Shown: positions 1-7,607 of the stretch, piece by piece | How the letters are laid out: every line of letters begins with the position of its first letter | Numbering within the stretch: the first letter of the stretch is position 1 | Origin: a virus | Taxonomy: Duplodnaviria; Caudoviricetes | Virus record (IMG/VR): IMGVR_UViG_3300013280_000006 | Coordinates: 1 to 64,000 of that record | Direction: 5' to 3' (one strand) | DNA length: 64,000 nt | The notes under the pieces: generated by a model | Database searches by the model: none | Told to the model about the DNA's origin: nothing | Seen by the model: the letters and a program-made list of their open reading frames with translations, nothing else | Position numbers and translations under genes: made by a program

Positions 1-409
1 GTACAGCTGCAGGGTCCCCATAAGCGCCGCAGCGTAGCTTTCTATTCTGTAACCACAAAGTTGACGATGGGTTGTCATGCGATACTGCGAGTTTTTTGTA
101 TTTGCCTGCCCTCCAAGTTCTCCAGATATTACTTGGAGCTTGGCTGACAACCACGTAGCAACTTCGATTTTTTCCAGCTCCGGATCCTCGATGCTGGCAT
201 TGCCCACAGATAGACTCGTCAGCGTCTTGCCGAACTGCGTCGAGTGGGTGCATGTCTGCTCGTAAAATCCAGGTTTGTATCATATCTCCAGTTTTCTCAT
301 TACTGGTGGATAGGGTTGCAATCATCACAATCGGTTGATTATCTAAGCAAGATGGGCCTTCGTAAAGAACCAGACCACCTTTGGTGTGAGTGTATTGTTG
401 TAATTCCAT
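1..409 (-). CDS. Conserved phage protein with Cys cluster (LYEGPS-LD-PIV-IAT...N-KTGDMIQTWIL...SICGxC...CYV...GAYGDPAAV), 3' end beyond window
   Basis: Not in the ORF track. Hand translation from ATG at 409 (AGGT RBS upstream) stays open to position 1: MELQQYTHTKGGLVLYEGPSCLDNQPIVMIATLSTSNEKTGDMIQTWILRADMHPLDAVRQDADESICGQCQHRG...RSCYVVV...GAYGDPAAV. I recognise this motif string from an uncharacterised phage protein family. Confidence 0.75.
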   Translation of the reverse strand, partial: MELQQYTHTKGGLVLYEGPSCLDNQPIVMIATLSTSNEKTGDMIQTWILRADMHPLDAVRQDADESICGQCQHRGSGAGKNRSCYVVVSQAPSNIWRTWRAGKYKKLAVSHDNPSSTLWLQNRKLRCGAYGDPAAV

Positions 410-451
410 AGATCAACTACCTAATTCATAACAACTATGAGAACAAGAAAA

Positions 452-2578
452 TCAACAATCCAGAACAGCGAATCCAGTTTTTAATTGCTCTTCATGAGTG
501 ACTACGATCACTTGCATTCGTGCACTAACCGCGAGTTGGTTCGTAACGCTGAGAACATCAGCAACGCGAGCAAGGCGATCGGAGTCAAGACCGTAAGTTG
601 GCTCGTCTAGAACAATAAATCCAACATCATGTGCAAATAGCTCTTTAAGCGCCAAAAGAAAAGACAAAGCAGCACAGCACAACTGCCCACCAGACAACTG
701 CGACACTGTGGCAAACTGATTACCAAATCCAAATAAAATGTTGCCTTCTGTTGACAACTCCGCAGAGAACGGAACGTCAAAAGAATCGAGTAAGGAATTC
801 CACTTAGCGTTAAGTTGTTGAAACTTAGATTGAATAATAGTTAGTGGTAGGTTATTTCTGTGGAACAGCTGCCGAAGCTTGTCCACATCATTTCGATAAT
901 GTACACGTTTCTCGGCTTGCTTATGTCCCTCAATTACTTGTCGTAAATAACCGTGAACATTTGCAAGCTCTGAAGACAACTGTGTCGCCCTGCCAACAAG
1001 GTAGGTGTAGTTTCTCTGGATTTCGTTACACTCGCTGAGAGTTTTTTGCAACCTCTCAGCCTCGCCCTGGTCATAGGTCTTGGCGACAGCGTAGACCTTT
1101 TCGTACTGATCATTGAGCGCATCAAGAAACCCACGCAACTCAGCACATTTAGTTTTGTGTGCATTAAGAACCGCAGTCAACTGTCCTTGTTGTTGGATTA
1201 GACTCGTTTGCTCGGCTATGAGCTTCTTGAGCGAATCCAACACCGGAAGCGTCTGTGCTGGCGGCAGTGAGTTTATCGATAGTGCGATACTGCTTACTTC
1301 ATTTGACCATTTGCTATGCCAACGTTGGTATTCATCGATGCGGGTTCGGGCATCGTTGGCAGCTCGTTGATAGCTTTCGTATACAGTAGCGCGCGTTTGT
1401 AGCTCTCTGGAAAGCTGTTCGTAGTTCCTTCGATGTTCTGGAATACTTTGATTAAGGTCGATTGTACTTCCTGAAACATCGATGATTTTTGTAGTTCCGC
1501 ACGTGGGGCAGCACCCGGAGGCAAAGTTTTCAATTGTTCTTTTACAATGTTCGAGATTACTTCTAATTCGCTCAAGTGCGACTCGTTCAGACTCTGCCCA
1601 TTCGTCTCTGAACTCGAATTGTTCTGGGTTGGCACGTTTTAATCCCTCGGCTTCAAGTTCCCTGGCTCTAGAAAGAAGGAGCTTACGATAACCTTCGATT
1701 TTTTCGATATCCTCATATTTAGCCAACAACTTTTGTGCTTCGTTGTAAGGTGCGGAGTTATTGTTAATTGCTTCTTCGATTTTCTTGATCTCTGCGGAAA
1801 TTTTATTTACTTGAAGTATCTCATTTACTAGAGATTCCTCAAGTGTGGTTTGTTTCAACTGTATGGCACTTGCCGCCACACACTCGTTTGCCGCAACTTG
1901 TTGAGCATTAAGTTTGGCTTTAAGCTCATCGATGTTGTATTTAGCGAGATCCGCAGCTACTTGCTGAATCTGCTGGGCTAGTGTGCTTTGCTCTAATTCA
2001 ATTGCACTGCATTTTGCGGACACTGCCTCGACGGTCTCTAGCGGAGCATCTACGCGAATACCAACAGACACGACCCCAAGCCGCTCATATAAGCGTTCAT
2101 AACGATCGGTACCAAACAGCTCATGAAAGAACTTGATCTGCTCGGCGTTTGTTCGTGTGATATTGCTGGTAAGTTGACCTTGAAAAGAAAATACCAATTT
2201 ATCAAGCAAAGACGGCTTGCTGTCAAGACCTAGCAACTGAGTCAGCAATTGCTTGACCTGCTCAGCCTTGCGTATACGTTCTCCACTTGGAATGGCGAGC
2301 AATACCGTCGCATTGTGCAGATTGCGAGTGATCTGATAGTTGGCTCCATCTACGGAGAAATCAAGCGTTACACCGCCTTCTTCCTCTCCCCACTTTAAGT
2401 TTTGAATCTTAGTTCCTGTCGGATTGTTACCAGTGAGTGCAAAGTAGAGTGCGTAAATGATGGAGCTTTTTCCGCACCCATTAGGTCCGCCGATAACAAT
2501 TACGCCACCAGGCGGAAAAACAATTTCCTTGTCTGCGTGCTGTCGAAAGTTCCGCAGAAGTAACCGTTGAAGTTGCAC
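452..2578 (-). CDS. sbcC: SbcC/Rad50-like (T4 gp46-like) SMC ATPase, recombination nuclease subunit
   Basis: Walker A GPNGCGKS, long coiled coil with central CPTCG zinc hook, ABC signature LSGGQ, Walker B FIVLDEPT, H-loop VVTH. Confidence 0.95.
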   Translation of the reverse strand: MQLQRLLLRNFRQHADKEIVFPPGGVIVIGGPNGCGKSSIIYALYFALTGNNPTGTKIQNLKWGEEEGGVTLDFSVDGANYQITRNLHNATVLLAIPSGERIRKAEQVKQLLTQLLGLDSKPSLLDKLVFSFQGQLTSNITRTNAEQIKFFHELFGTDRYERLYERLGVVSVGIRVDAPLETVEAVSAKCSAIELEQSTLAQQIQQVAADLAKYNIDELKAKLNAQQVAANECVAASAIQLKQTTLEESLVNEILQVNKISAEIKKIEEAINNNSAPYNEAQKLLAKYEDIEKIEGYRKLLLSRARELEAEGLKRANPEQFEFRDEWAESERVALERIRSNLEHCKRTIENFASGCCPTCGTTKIIDVSGSTIDLNQSIPEHRRNYEQLSRELQTRATVYESYQRAANDARTRIDEYQRWHSKWSNEVSSIALSINSLPPAQTLPVLDSLKKLIAEQTSLIQQQGQLTAVLNAHKTKCAELRGFLDALNDQYEKVYAVAKTYDQGEAERLQKTLSECNEIQRNYTYLVGRATQLSSELANVHGYLRQVIEGHKQAEKRVHYRNDVDKLRQLFHRNNLPLTIIQSKFQQLNAKWNSLLDSFDVPFSAELSTEGNILFGFGNQFATVSQLSGGQLCCAALSFLLALKELFAHDVGFIVLDEPTYGLDSDRLARVADVLSVTNQLAVSARMQVIVVTHEEQLKTGFAVLDC

Positions 2579-2587
2579 GGACCCTCC

Positions 2588-3778
2588 TTAAATGCCTAGA
2601 CTTTTTTGGTGATCTTCGAGAACAGCGTCCACTTCCGCAAGTGAACACTTCACTAACTTAAGCGCCGTAGTGCATAGTTTCGAGTTTTGTGGAGATGCGA
2701 GCAAGTTTGAAACAACCGTATCAATAGGAGCTTCTTTTGTCGCAGAGAGTGCTGACTCGAGATGCTTCTTAGCGCTAGTCTCTGCAGAGGTGAAGAAGTT
2801 AACTTGATTTTTAAACTTATCCAGAACCTTGGACAACTCTTTAGTGAGTTGTGAATCGTCACTACTGTATCTCACTATTGCCAGAGGATTCTTTAAATCT
2901 TGGTGCAGATTATCTGGTTGGCTAGAGAGAGCTTGCTGAAGCTCTGACTCAAGCTGCTCGACGTGCTGTAATTTATCTAAAGTCATACGTACACATCTTC
3001 GAGTTGGAATTGGTATGCGCTGAATAGTGGGTTTGTTATTTTGATAACCGAATAAAATAAAGGATTTCGATATCGGTTCGGATGTGGACAACAAAGCACT
3101 CGAGCCACAGTAAGCGTATAGCCGCCCCGATTGATCGTACGCTTCAATTGCTTGATGGTAATCACCCATAAGAATAATGGAAGAGGGTGGTGTATCTGCG
3201 TAGTTGCTCACGCTGACGTTTGCGATCATGTCACCAGTGAGTAATGAGATGAGTTGATGACTGATGTAGATATCCGGAGTGGCTGCGTTTGTCTCTCGTA
3301 CAAGACTAGTCAATGATGCAAATCTATCAGCTAGCTCAATGTGATTATTTGAGTGCGGTATTCCGTAAATAGCTACCGGCTTTGCTTCTTTCTTGTTGGA
3401 CTTGATTGTAAAAACGGAATTCTCCGACAAATCATGGATATTGTTGTTGTCTAGCGACTGTGAGAGTACTTGGGGCCAAGATGGATTTGATTTGTCATGG
3501 TTACCCTCAAGCCAATACACAGTTGGAACTTTTTTGATCGAGTTAACTGCAGCAGACAGAACCGCTGTACTTGGTCTTGGTGTGTCAAACACATCACCAC
3601 CAAGTACAAGTGGCAGATTGTGAGTCTTGCAGTAATTACAGATAAAGTCAAACGAATGTAGGGTGTCGTTTTTAATGTGTGGTCTACTTACCCATAGATA
3701 CTCTTTTAAGTGATTGTCTGCTGTGAATGCAAATACTGGATAGAAGTTTTGTGTCATGTCGGAGCTCCAAGTCTGCAT
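2588..3778 (-). CDS. sbcD: SbcD/Mre11-like (T4 gp47-like) metallophosphoesterase nuclease subunit
   Basis: GGDVFD, GNHD, SHQ and MGDYH calcineurin-like motifs; directly upstream of the SbcC-like gene. The first metal motif is degenerate (TADNHL). Start may be ATG at 3757. Confidence 0.88.
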   Translation of the reverse strand: MQTWSSDMTQNFYPVFAFTADNHLKEYLWVSRPHIKNDTLHSFDFICNYCKTHNLPLVLGGDVFDTPRPSTAVLSAAVNSIKKVPTVYWLEGNHDKSNPSWPQVLSQSLDNNNIHDLSENSVFTIKSNKKEAKPVAIYGIPHSNNHIELADRFASLTSLVRETNAATPDIYISHQLISLLTGDMIANVSVSNYADTPPSSIILMGDYHQAIEAYDQSGRLYAYCGSSALLSTSEPISKSFILFGYQNNKPTIQRIPIPTRRCVRMTLDKLQHVEQLESELQQALSSQPDNLHQDLKNPLAIVRYSSDDSQLTKELSKVLDKFKNQVNFFTSAETSAKKHLESALSATKEAPIDTVVSNLLASPQNSKLCTTALKLVKCSLAEVDAVLEDHQKSLGI

Positions 3779-3830
3779 AGTTGTACAATTGTGTAATTAT
3801 ATAATTATACGGGTCTTGAGAAAAGGGAAG

Positions 3831-4067
3831 CGGGGGTCCGGGGGCGCAGCCCCCGCCGGGTCCCCCGAAGGGGGCCCGGTGAGCCCTTCTTCTTTTTTTG
3901 CTCGAGAGTGGCATGCCACGAACGAGCCAAAAAAGAAGAGTAGGGCGAGTGACGGTAGTCAGCGTACCAAGCGTAAGCGCGGTACGCTGACTAAATACAG
4001 CATGCGAGCTCTATCACTTCAGTAGGAGTGCCGAAGGCACGACCTACTGCATGCGCAGCATGCTGTA
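3831..4067. other. Cluster of nested GC-rich hairpins, putative replication origin or ssDNA signal
   Basis: gggggc-GCA-gccccc (3840-3854); ccgggtccccc-GAA-gggggcccgg (3856-3879); long imperfect stem ~3882-3945 containing palindrome gtggcatgccac; perfect 12-bp IR agtcagcgtacc/ggtacgctgact (3957-3968/3981-3992); 10-bp IR tacagcatgc/gcatgctgta (3996-4005/4058-4067) enclosing gtgcc-GAA-ggcac. Confidence 0.6.
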
Positions 4068-4075
4068 TTAGTCTT

Positions 4076-4188
4076 AGTGATAAAGAGCCACAAAACAGTT
4101 TTCTAAATTGAATAAAAGGGGTTCTGACCAGTGATAAAGAGCCAAACACCACAAATAGGGGGCCCCGATGTTAATCAAATAAAAGGGG
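4076..4188. repeat. Imperfect tandem direct repeats (iteron-like)
   Basis: agtgataaagagcca at 4076-4090 and 4130-4144; aataaaagggg at 4111-4121 and 4178-4188. Confidence 0.8.
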
Positions 4189-4191
4189 TGC

Positions 4192-5073
4192 TCAAATCTT
4201 TTTATTTTTTGTTAAGTGTGTGAAGTGATTTGTACTGTGTTCTCCGAGTAGGTATGTGATAAACGTATTACTAAATCCATACTCAGGAACACATATTGGT
4301 GGAAAATAGTATAGTGTTGGCAGTATCGTATTTAAAAATAGTTGTTTGTCCCGCACCACCGCCACTTGATCTTGCAGTGACGGGCTGCTATCATCTGGGT
4401 GTACTCTAAATAAGTAGTTTTGACAGTCTTCCAAGATAATTGTTGTGGTTACTGCTCGTTTCTTGTGTATTAGTCCGTAATTAAAATCTTGTCGTGTGAA
4501 TAGTAGCGCTGACTTTAAATCAACAGATCTTCGAATTATTCTAGAGATGTATGCAGACCAACTTGTGGTTTTGTTCGTTTTTGTATTTGGTATGTACGCG
4601 CCTATACCTTCTTTAGTAATTACTCTGTAACTTAACTGACCAGTTGTTTTTTCGAGCAATCTGTATATTTCTACGAATCGACGGTAATGACACCACGGAC
4701 ACCACCTTGAATTACAGATCGTATTCCAGCTATGTGATTTAAGTTCTGCATTGTTGTCTTTTGGTTTAATGACAGGTAAAACACCAATAGGTCTACAGTT
4801 GGCCACACTTTGTAACAAATTTGTTACTTTGTGTGGTGTTAGTTGTCTTAGGTTAATTGAGTTCGGAATTCCTAATTCCTGCAAAGATCGAACATTAACG
4901 AGACTGCTTTGCACTTCCGCACAAAAGCCTCTAAGTAATCCGTACATTGTACGAATGTTATTTGCGTTATTTTTATCTAGTGTTGTGAGCGTGCTTTCTA
5001 ATGCTGATTGAAGTGCGGCAGCTTGTATAGCGGACTTTGTAAGTCGTACTACAAGTTGTGATGGGTTTATCAT
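4192..5073 (-). CDS. Hypothetical protein with Rep_1/IS91-type Zn-binding motif
   Basis: CNSRWCPWCHYRR resembles the CxSRxCPxCxxR motif of rolling-circle Rep and IS91 transposase Zn domains, but I see no HUH motif. Start placed at ATG 5073 because it forms an ATGA overlap with the stop of 5070..5315; the track start is 5187. Confidence 0.55.
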   Translation of the reverse strand: MINPSQLVVRLTKSAIQAAALQSALESTLTTLDKNNANNIRTMYGLLRGFCAEVQSSLVNVRSLQELGIPNSINLRQLTPHKVTNLLQSVANCRPIGVLPVIKPKDNNAELKSHSWNTICNSRWCPWCHYRRFVEIYRLLEKTTGQLSYRVITKEGIGAYIPNTKTNKTTSWSAYISRIIRRSVDLKSALLFTRQDFNYGLIHKKRAVTTTIILEDCQNYLFRVHPDDSSPSLQDQVAVVRDKQLFLNTILPTLYYFPPICVPEYGFSNTFITYLLGEHSTNHFTHLTKNKKI

Positions 5074-5315
5074 GCTGTGCTTTTTCGAATGCTTGGTAAT
5101 ATACCGTAAGTTGCTTTTTTGTCGACTACTCGAAGCGTTATTTGCTCGCTTCGGATAAGGTAACAAAAGATAAGTACAAACGTACAATTACGTGAATAGT
5201 TATTGATAGCTAGTTTAGTGAAGGTGTCAGTTATAGTTGATGGTATGTTGTTATTGTGTATAAATAGTTCTGGCGAATGGCAAATAGCCCTACTGATTAG
5301 ATTACCTCGTCTCAC
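5070..5315 (-). CDS. Small hypothetical protein (array 1)
   Basis: Co-oriented ORF in a tightly packed array; ATGA-coupled to the next gene. Confidence 0.5.
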   Translation of the reverse strand: MRRGNLISRAICHSPELFIHNNNIPSTITDTFTKLAINNYSRNCTFVLIFCYLIRSEQITLRVVDKKATYGILPSIRKSTA

Positions 5316-5544
5316 TGGCTACCTTTACTGCTGGTAAAATATATTTGTGAATAAAATCCGAAGTGATATTACTTTGCGGAGTTACTTCTATTACTTTATT
5401 CCGTATTTCGTTGTATGCCATGCGGTGCTTTCTTCTATTTTTTGCGTAATTGTGGACATGGTGATCTAGGGTTGCCCCGTTACCAGATGTCATTTGTGGG
5501 TTGATTGCTGGATATAGGCCAGGAAACAAGTCGCTTCTACGCAC
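5302..5544 (-). CDS. Small hypothetical protein (array 1)
   Basis: Packed minus-strand ORF with basic N-terminus MRRS. Confidence 0.55.
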   Translation of the reverse strand: MRRSDLFPGLYPAINPQMTSGNGATLDHHVHNYAKNRRKHRMAYNEIRNKVIEVTPQSNITSDFIHKYILPAVKVASETR

Positions 5545-5791
5545 TAGATTTCTCCCACAGTTTTTTAACTTTTCCGTCTGATATCTGTCGTATGTCTAAG
5601 AGCCGAGAATGATCGTTGCCGAGTAGCAATTCGGAGGCTGCCCTGGGGTGTTTTGTGTTCTGTGCGTACCTATGCAACATGGCGTCAATATCGGAATATA
5701 TATACGATTCTATCTTTGCGGCAGCGAGCCGTATTGAGTAACGTACGGAGTAATCTACAAAGAAGTGTTCGGGTTCTGTTCTTCGTTTCAA
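5537..5791 (-). CDS. Small hypothetical protein (array 1)
   Basis: Packed ORF, MKRR start, short overlaps with both neighbours. Confidence 0.55.
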   Translation of the reverse strand: MKRRTEPEHFFVDYSVRYSIRLAAAKIESYIYSDIDAMLHRYAQNTKHPRAASELLLGNDHSRLLDIRQISDGKVKKLWEKSSA

Positions 5792-6009
5792 TTCTTGCCA
5801 CCTAGCAGCTGCCCGACGACATCTAGTCTTGGTTTAGCGAATAACGGATATACCTCGGGAAATGTCCTATAACATCTTATAAATAGTTCATCAACTAGAC
5901 GAATATCGTCAGAATCCTGAATTAATCTAGCAGTCCATGTGTGCCGCAAGTTAAGGCATAAATCACGGTAGCTATATCGCGGCGACTCGACTTTACTTAT
6001 TCTTTTCAT
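5788..6009 (-). CDS. Small hypothetical protein (array 1, MKRI type)
   Basis: Start reassigned to ATGAAAAGAAT at 6009 (MKRISK), matching four other array genes; the track start is 6036. Confidence 0.6.
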   Translation of the reverse strand: MKRISKVESPRYSYRDLCLNLRHTWTARLIQDSDDIRLVDELFIRCYRTFPEVYPLFAKPRLDVVGQLLGGKN

Positions 6010-6247
6010 ACTCTTTAAGTCGATGATTAATTTCAAGTATGTCTACGGATGTTGGTAAATGCCACACAGACCTTGATAAATCAGATTCAGTAATAAAGCA
6101 AGGTCGGGCTATCCCGCTCTCTACCATGTGGCAATACCTGAGATTTTGTGCTGCGTAGCATACAGCTCTGTTTAGTTCTCCCCAGTTTGGAGTACCCAGG
6201 TACGAATCTGAACAAAATGGATGAAGTTTTGCGGGAATTCTCTTCAT
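5993..6247 (-). CDS. Small hypothetical protein (array 1, MKRI type)
   Basis: Starts ATGAAGAGAAT (MKRIPAK). Confidence 0.6.
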   Translation of the reverse strand: MKRIPAKLHPFCSDSYLGTPNWGELNRAVCYAAQNLRYCHMVESGIARPCFITESDLSRSVWHLPTSVDILEINHRLKEYEKNK

Positions 6248-6284
6248 TTGGCTTCGGTACTCACTTGGGCTACAGTACAGACAC

Positions 6285-6584
6285 TTACTTGCATTCGATT
6301 TTTCCTTCTGCTTGATTTATGTCAGGTATCACCGCAAAAGTCAAAATACGAAAGTTAACATGACTATATTGACTGGTGACAGCGTCCAGTAACTCTACGT
6401 ATATTTTATATACGTCGATATCGTGACGTGCATCGTTGCGAATAAGTCTCTGCATAATGTTACATATACTATAGTCATCATTAATTGAGGTCAGCCACGG
6501 GGTGGGGTTTAGTGATAAGTAGGGCAGTTTTTTACGCTTTACTATGCGCATGTTCTGACTACACCGGACTGGGACAGCAAACAA
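6285..6584 (-). CDS. Small hypothetical protein (array 1)
   Basis: Packed ORF; likely starts at internal MRIVKRKK, which overlaps the upstream stop. Confidence 0.5.
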   Translation of the reverse strand: MFAVPVRCSQNMRIVKRKKLPYLSLNPTPWLTSINDDYSICNIMQRLIRNDARHDIDVYKIYVELLDAVTSQYSHVNFRILTFAVIPDINQAEGKIECK

Positions 6585-6802
6585 TTACGTGCAACCATAG
6601 ACACCGTAGCACCTACTAAATCCACGAACCGAGGCTCGCTATCCAAAAAGGGGGTTTCTATTCTTGCTCTTGTATCAATTGTTATAACGCGTGGCAGCGG
6701 AAAAAACGGCTCACGTATCGCACTTGTTGTACTGTAGATAGATTTGCCATAAATTAAATAGCCTTGGTAGTTTGTCATCCCCTTTAGGTAAATTCTCTTC
6801 AT
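6542..6802 (-). CDS. Small hypothetical protein (array 1, MKRI type)
   Basis: Starts ATGAAGAGAAT (MKRIYLK), ATGA-coupled to the upstream gene. Confidence 0.6.
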   Translation of the reverse strand: MKRIYLKGMTNYQGYLIYGKSIYSTTSAIREPFFPLPRVITIDTRARIETPFLDSEPRFVDLVGATVSMVARNCLLSQSGVVRTCA

Positions 6803-7074
6803 GTGACAACCTTTGGCTTTGTAGCCTGTTTGGATTCATTTAGAGACTGAAAAATCGGAAAAGCCAGCATACTAACCCATATACGGGAAATATTACTTTG
6901 GGTATCTGTAAGCGGATCTCCTACTCTAAAGTAAATGTCTGATAGCACATGCTGGATGCCTACCAACACCGGCCAACTAACTGGAAAAGAGGCAACAAGT
7001 TTAACCGCTTGACAGGCTTCATCCGTATAAACCCCAAACCGACGGTCGCAGTGGCGCATGTTTTTGGTTTTCAC
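6799..7074 (-). CDS. Small hypothetical protein, paralog family A copy 3
   Basis: Shares DRxxG..C.....V..FP......LS.IY..V..P......NI..IW...L.FP with 7114..7341 and 7338..7607. Confidence 0.7.
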   Translation of the reverse strand: MKTKNMRHCDRRFGVYTDEACQAVKLVASFPVSWPVLVGIQHVLSDIYFRVGDPLTDTQSNISRIWVSMLAFPIFQSLNESKQATKPKVVT

Positions 7075-7113
7075 AGTGTGACAACTCTGGTTCGAGTGAA
7101 CTGGCTGAATTCA

Positions 7114-7341
7114 TCACAGGGGCGGAAAAGCTAGCCACTTATCCCATATATTAGAAATATTGCTTTTATCGGATATAATTGGATTTCTCACACTAAAATA
7201 AATTCTTGACAGAGTGTCCTCTAAGGCATACTCCAGATCCTGGCTGTATGGAAAAGCGGTAACCCATACGATCTCCTCACATTTTGCGAAAATCTGATCC
7301 CCTAGCCATCGGTCAATGTTACTTATATTTTTAGTTCTCAT
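7114..7341 (-). CDS. Small hypothetical protein, paralog family A copy 2 (C-terminus frameshifted)
   Basis: MRTKNISNIDRWLG...; aligns with 7338..7607. The homologous tail QFTRTRVVTL continues in another frame after the early TGA. Confidence 0.7.
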   Translation of the reverse strand: MRTKNISNIDRWLGDQIFAKCEEIVWVTAFPYSQDLEYALEDTLSRIYFSVRNPIISDKSNISNIWDKWLAFPPL

Positions 7342-7607
7342 CGTGTGCCACCTTTGGTTCGAGTGAACTGTTTAGAGTTGTCTAGAGTCGGAAAATCTAG
7401 AGATTTATCCCATGTACGTAAAACATTATTTTTGTCGTGTAAAACCGGATCTCTTACACTAGAATAAATGTTTGCCAGAGAGTACTCTGTAGCTAGTGGC
7501 AGATACTGAGTATCTGGAAACAGGTCAACCCACCTAATTGCTTTACATTTTGTATCAATACGAGATCCTAACCAACGATCGACGTTGCGTGCGTTTTTAG
7601 CTCTCAT
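7338..7607 (-). CDS. Small hypothetical protein, paralog family A copy 1
   Basis: MRAKNARNVDRWLG...FPTLDNSKQFTRTKGGTR; ATGA-coupled. Confidence 0.7.
   Translation of the reverse strand: MRAKNARNVDRWLGSRIDTKCKAIRWVDLFPDTQYLPLATEYSLANIYSSVRDPVLHDKNNVLRTWDKSLDFPTLDNSKQFTRTKGGTR

Noticed and set aside
7088-7370. Repeated TGGTTCGAGTGAACTG as tRNA T-loop, att site or CRISPR repeat
   Set aside because: Only two copies, explained as homologous 3' ends of duplicated genes; no cloverleaf or regular repeat-spacer period. No CRISPR array was seen anywhere in the window.
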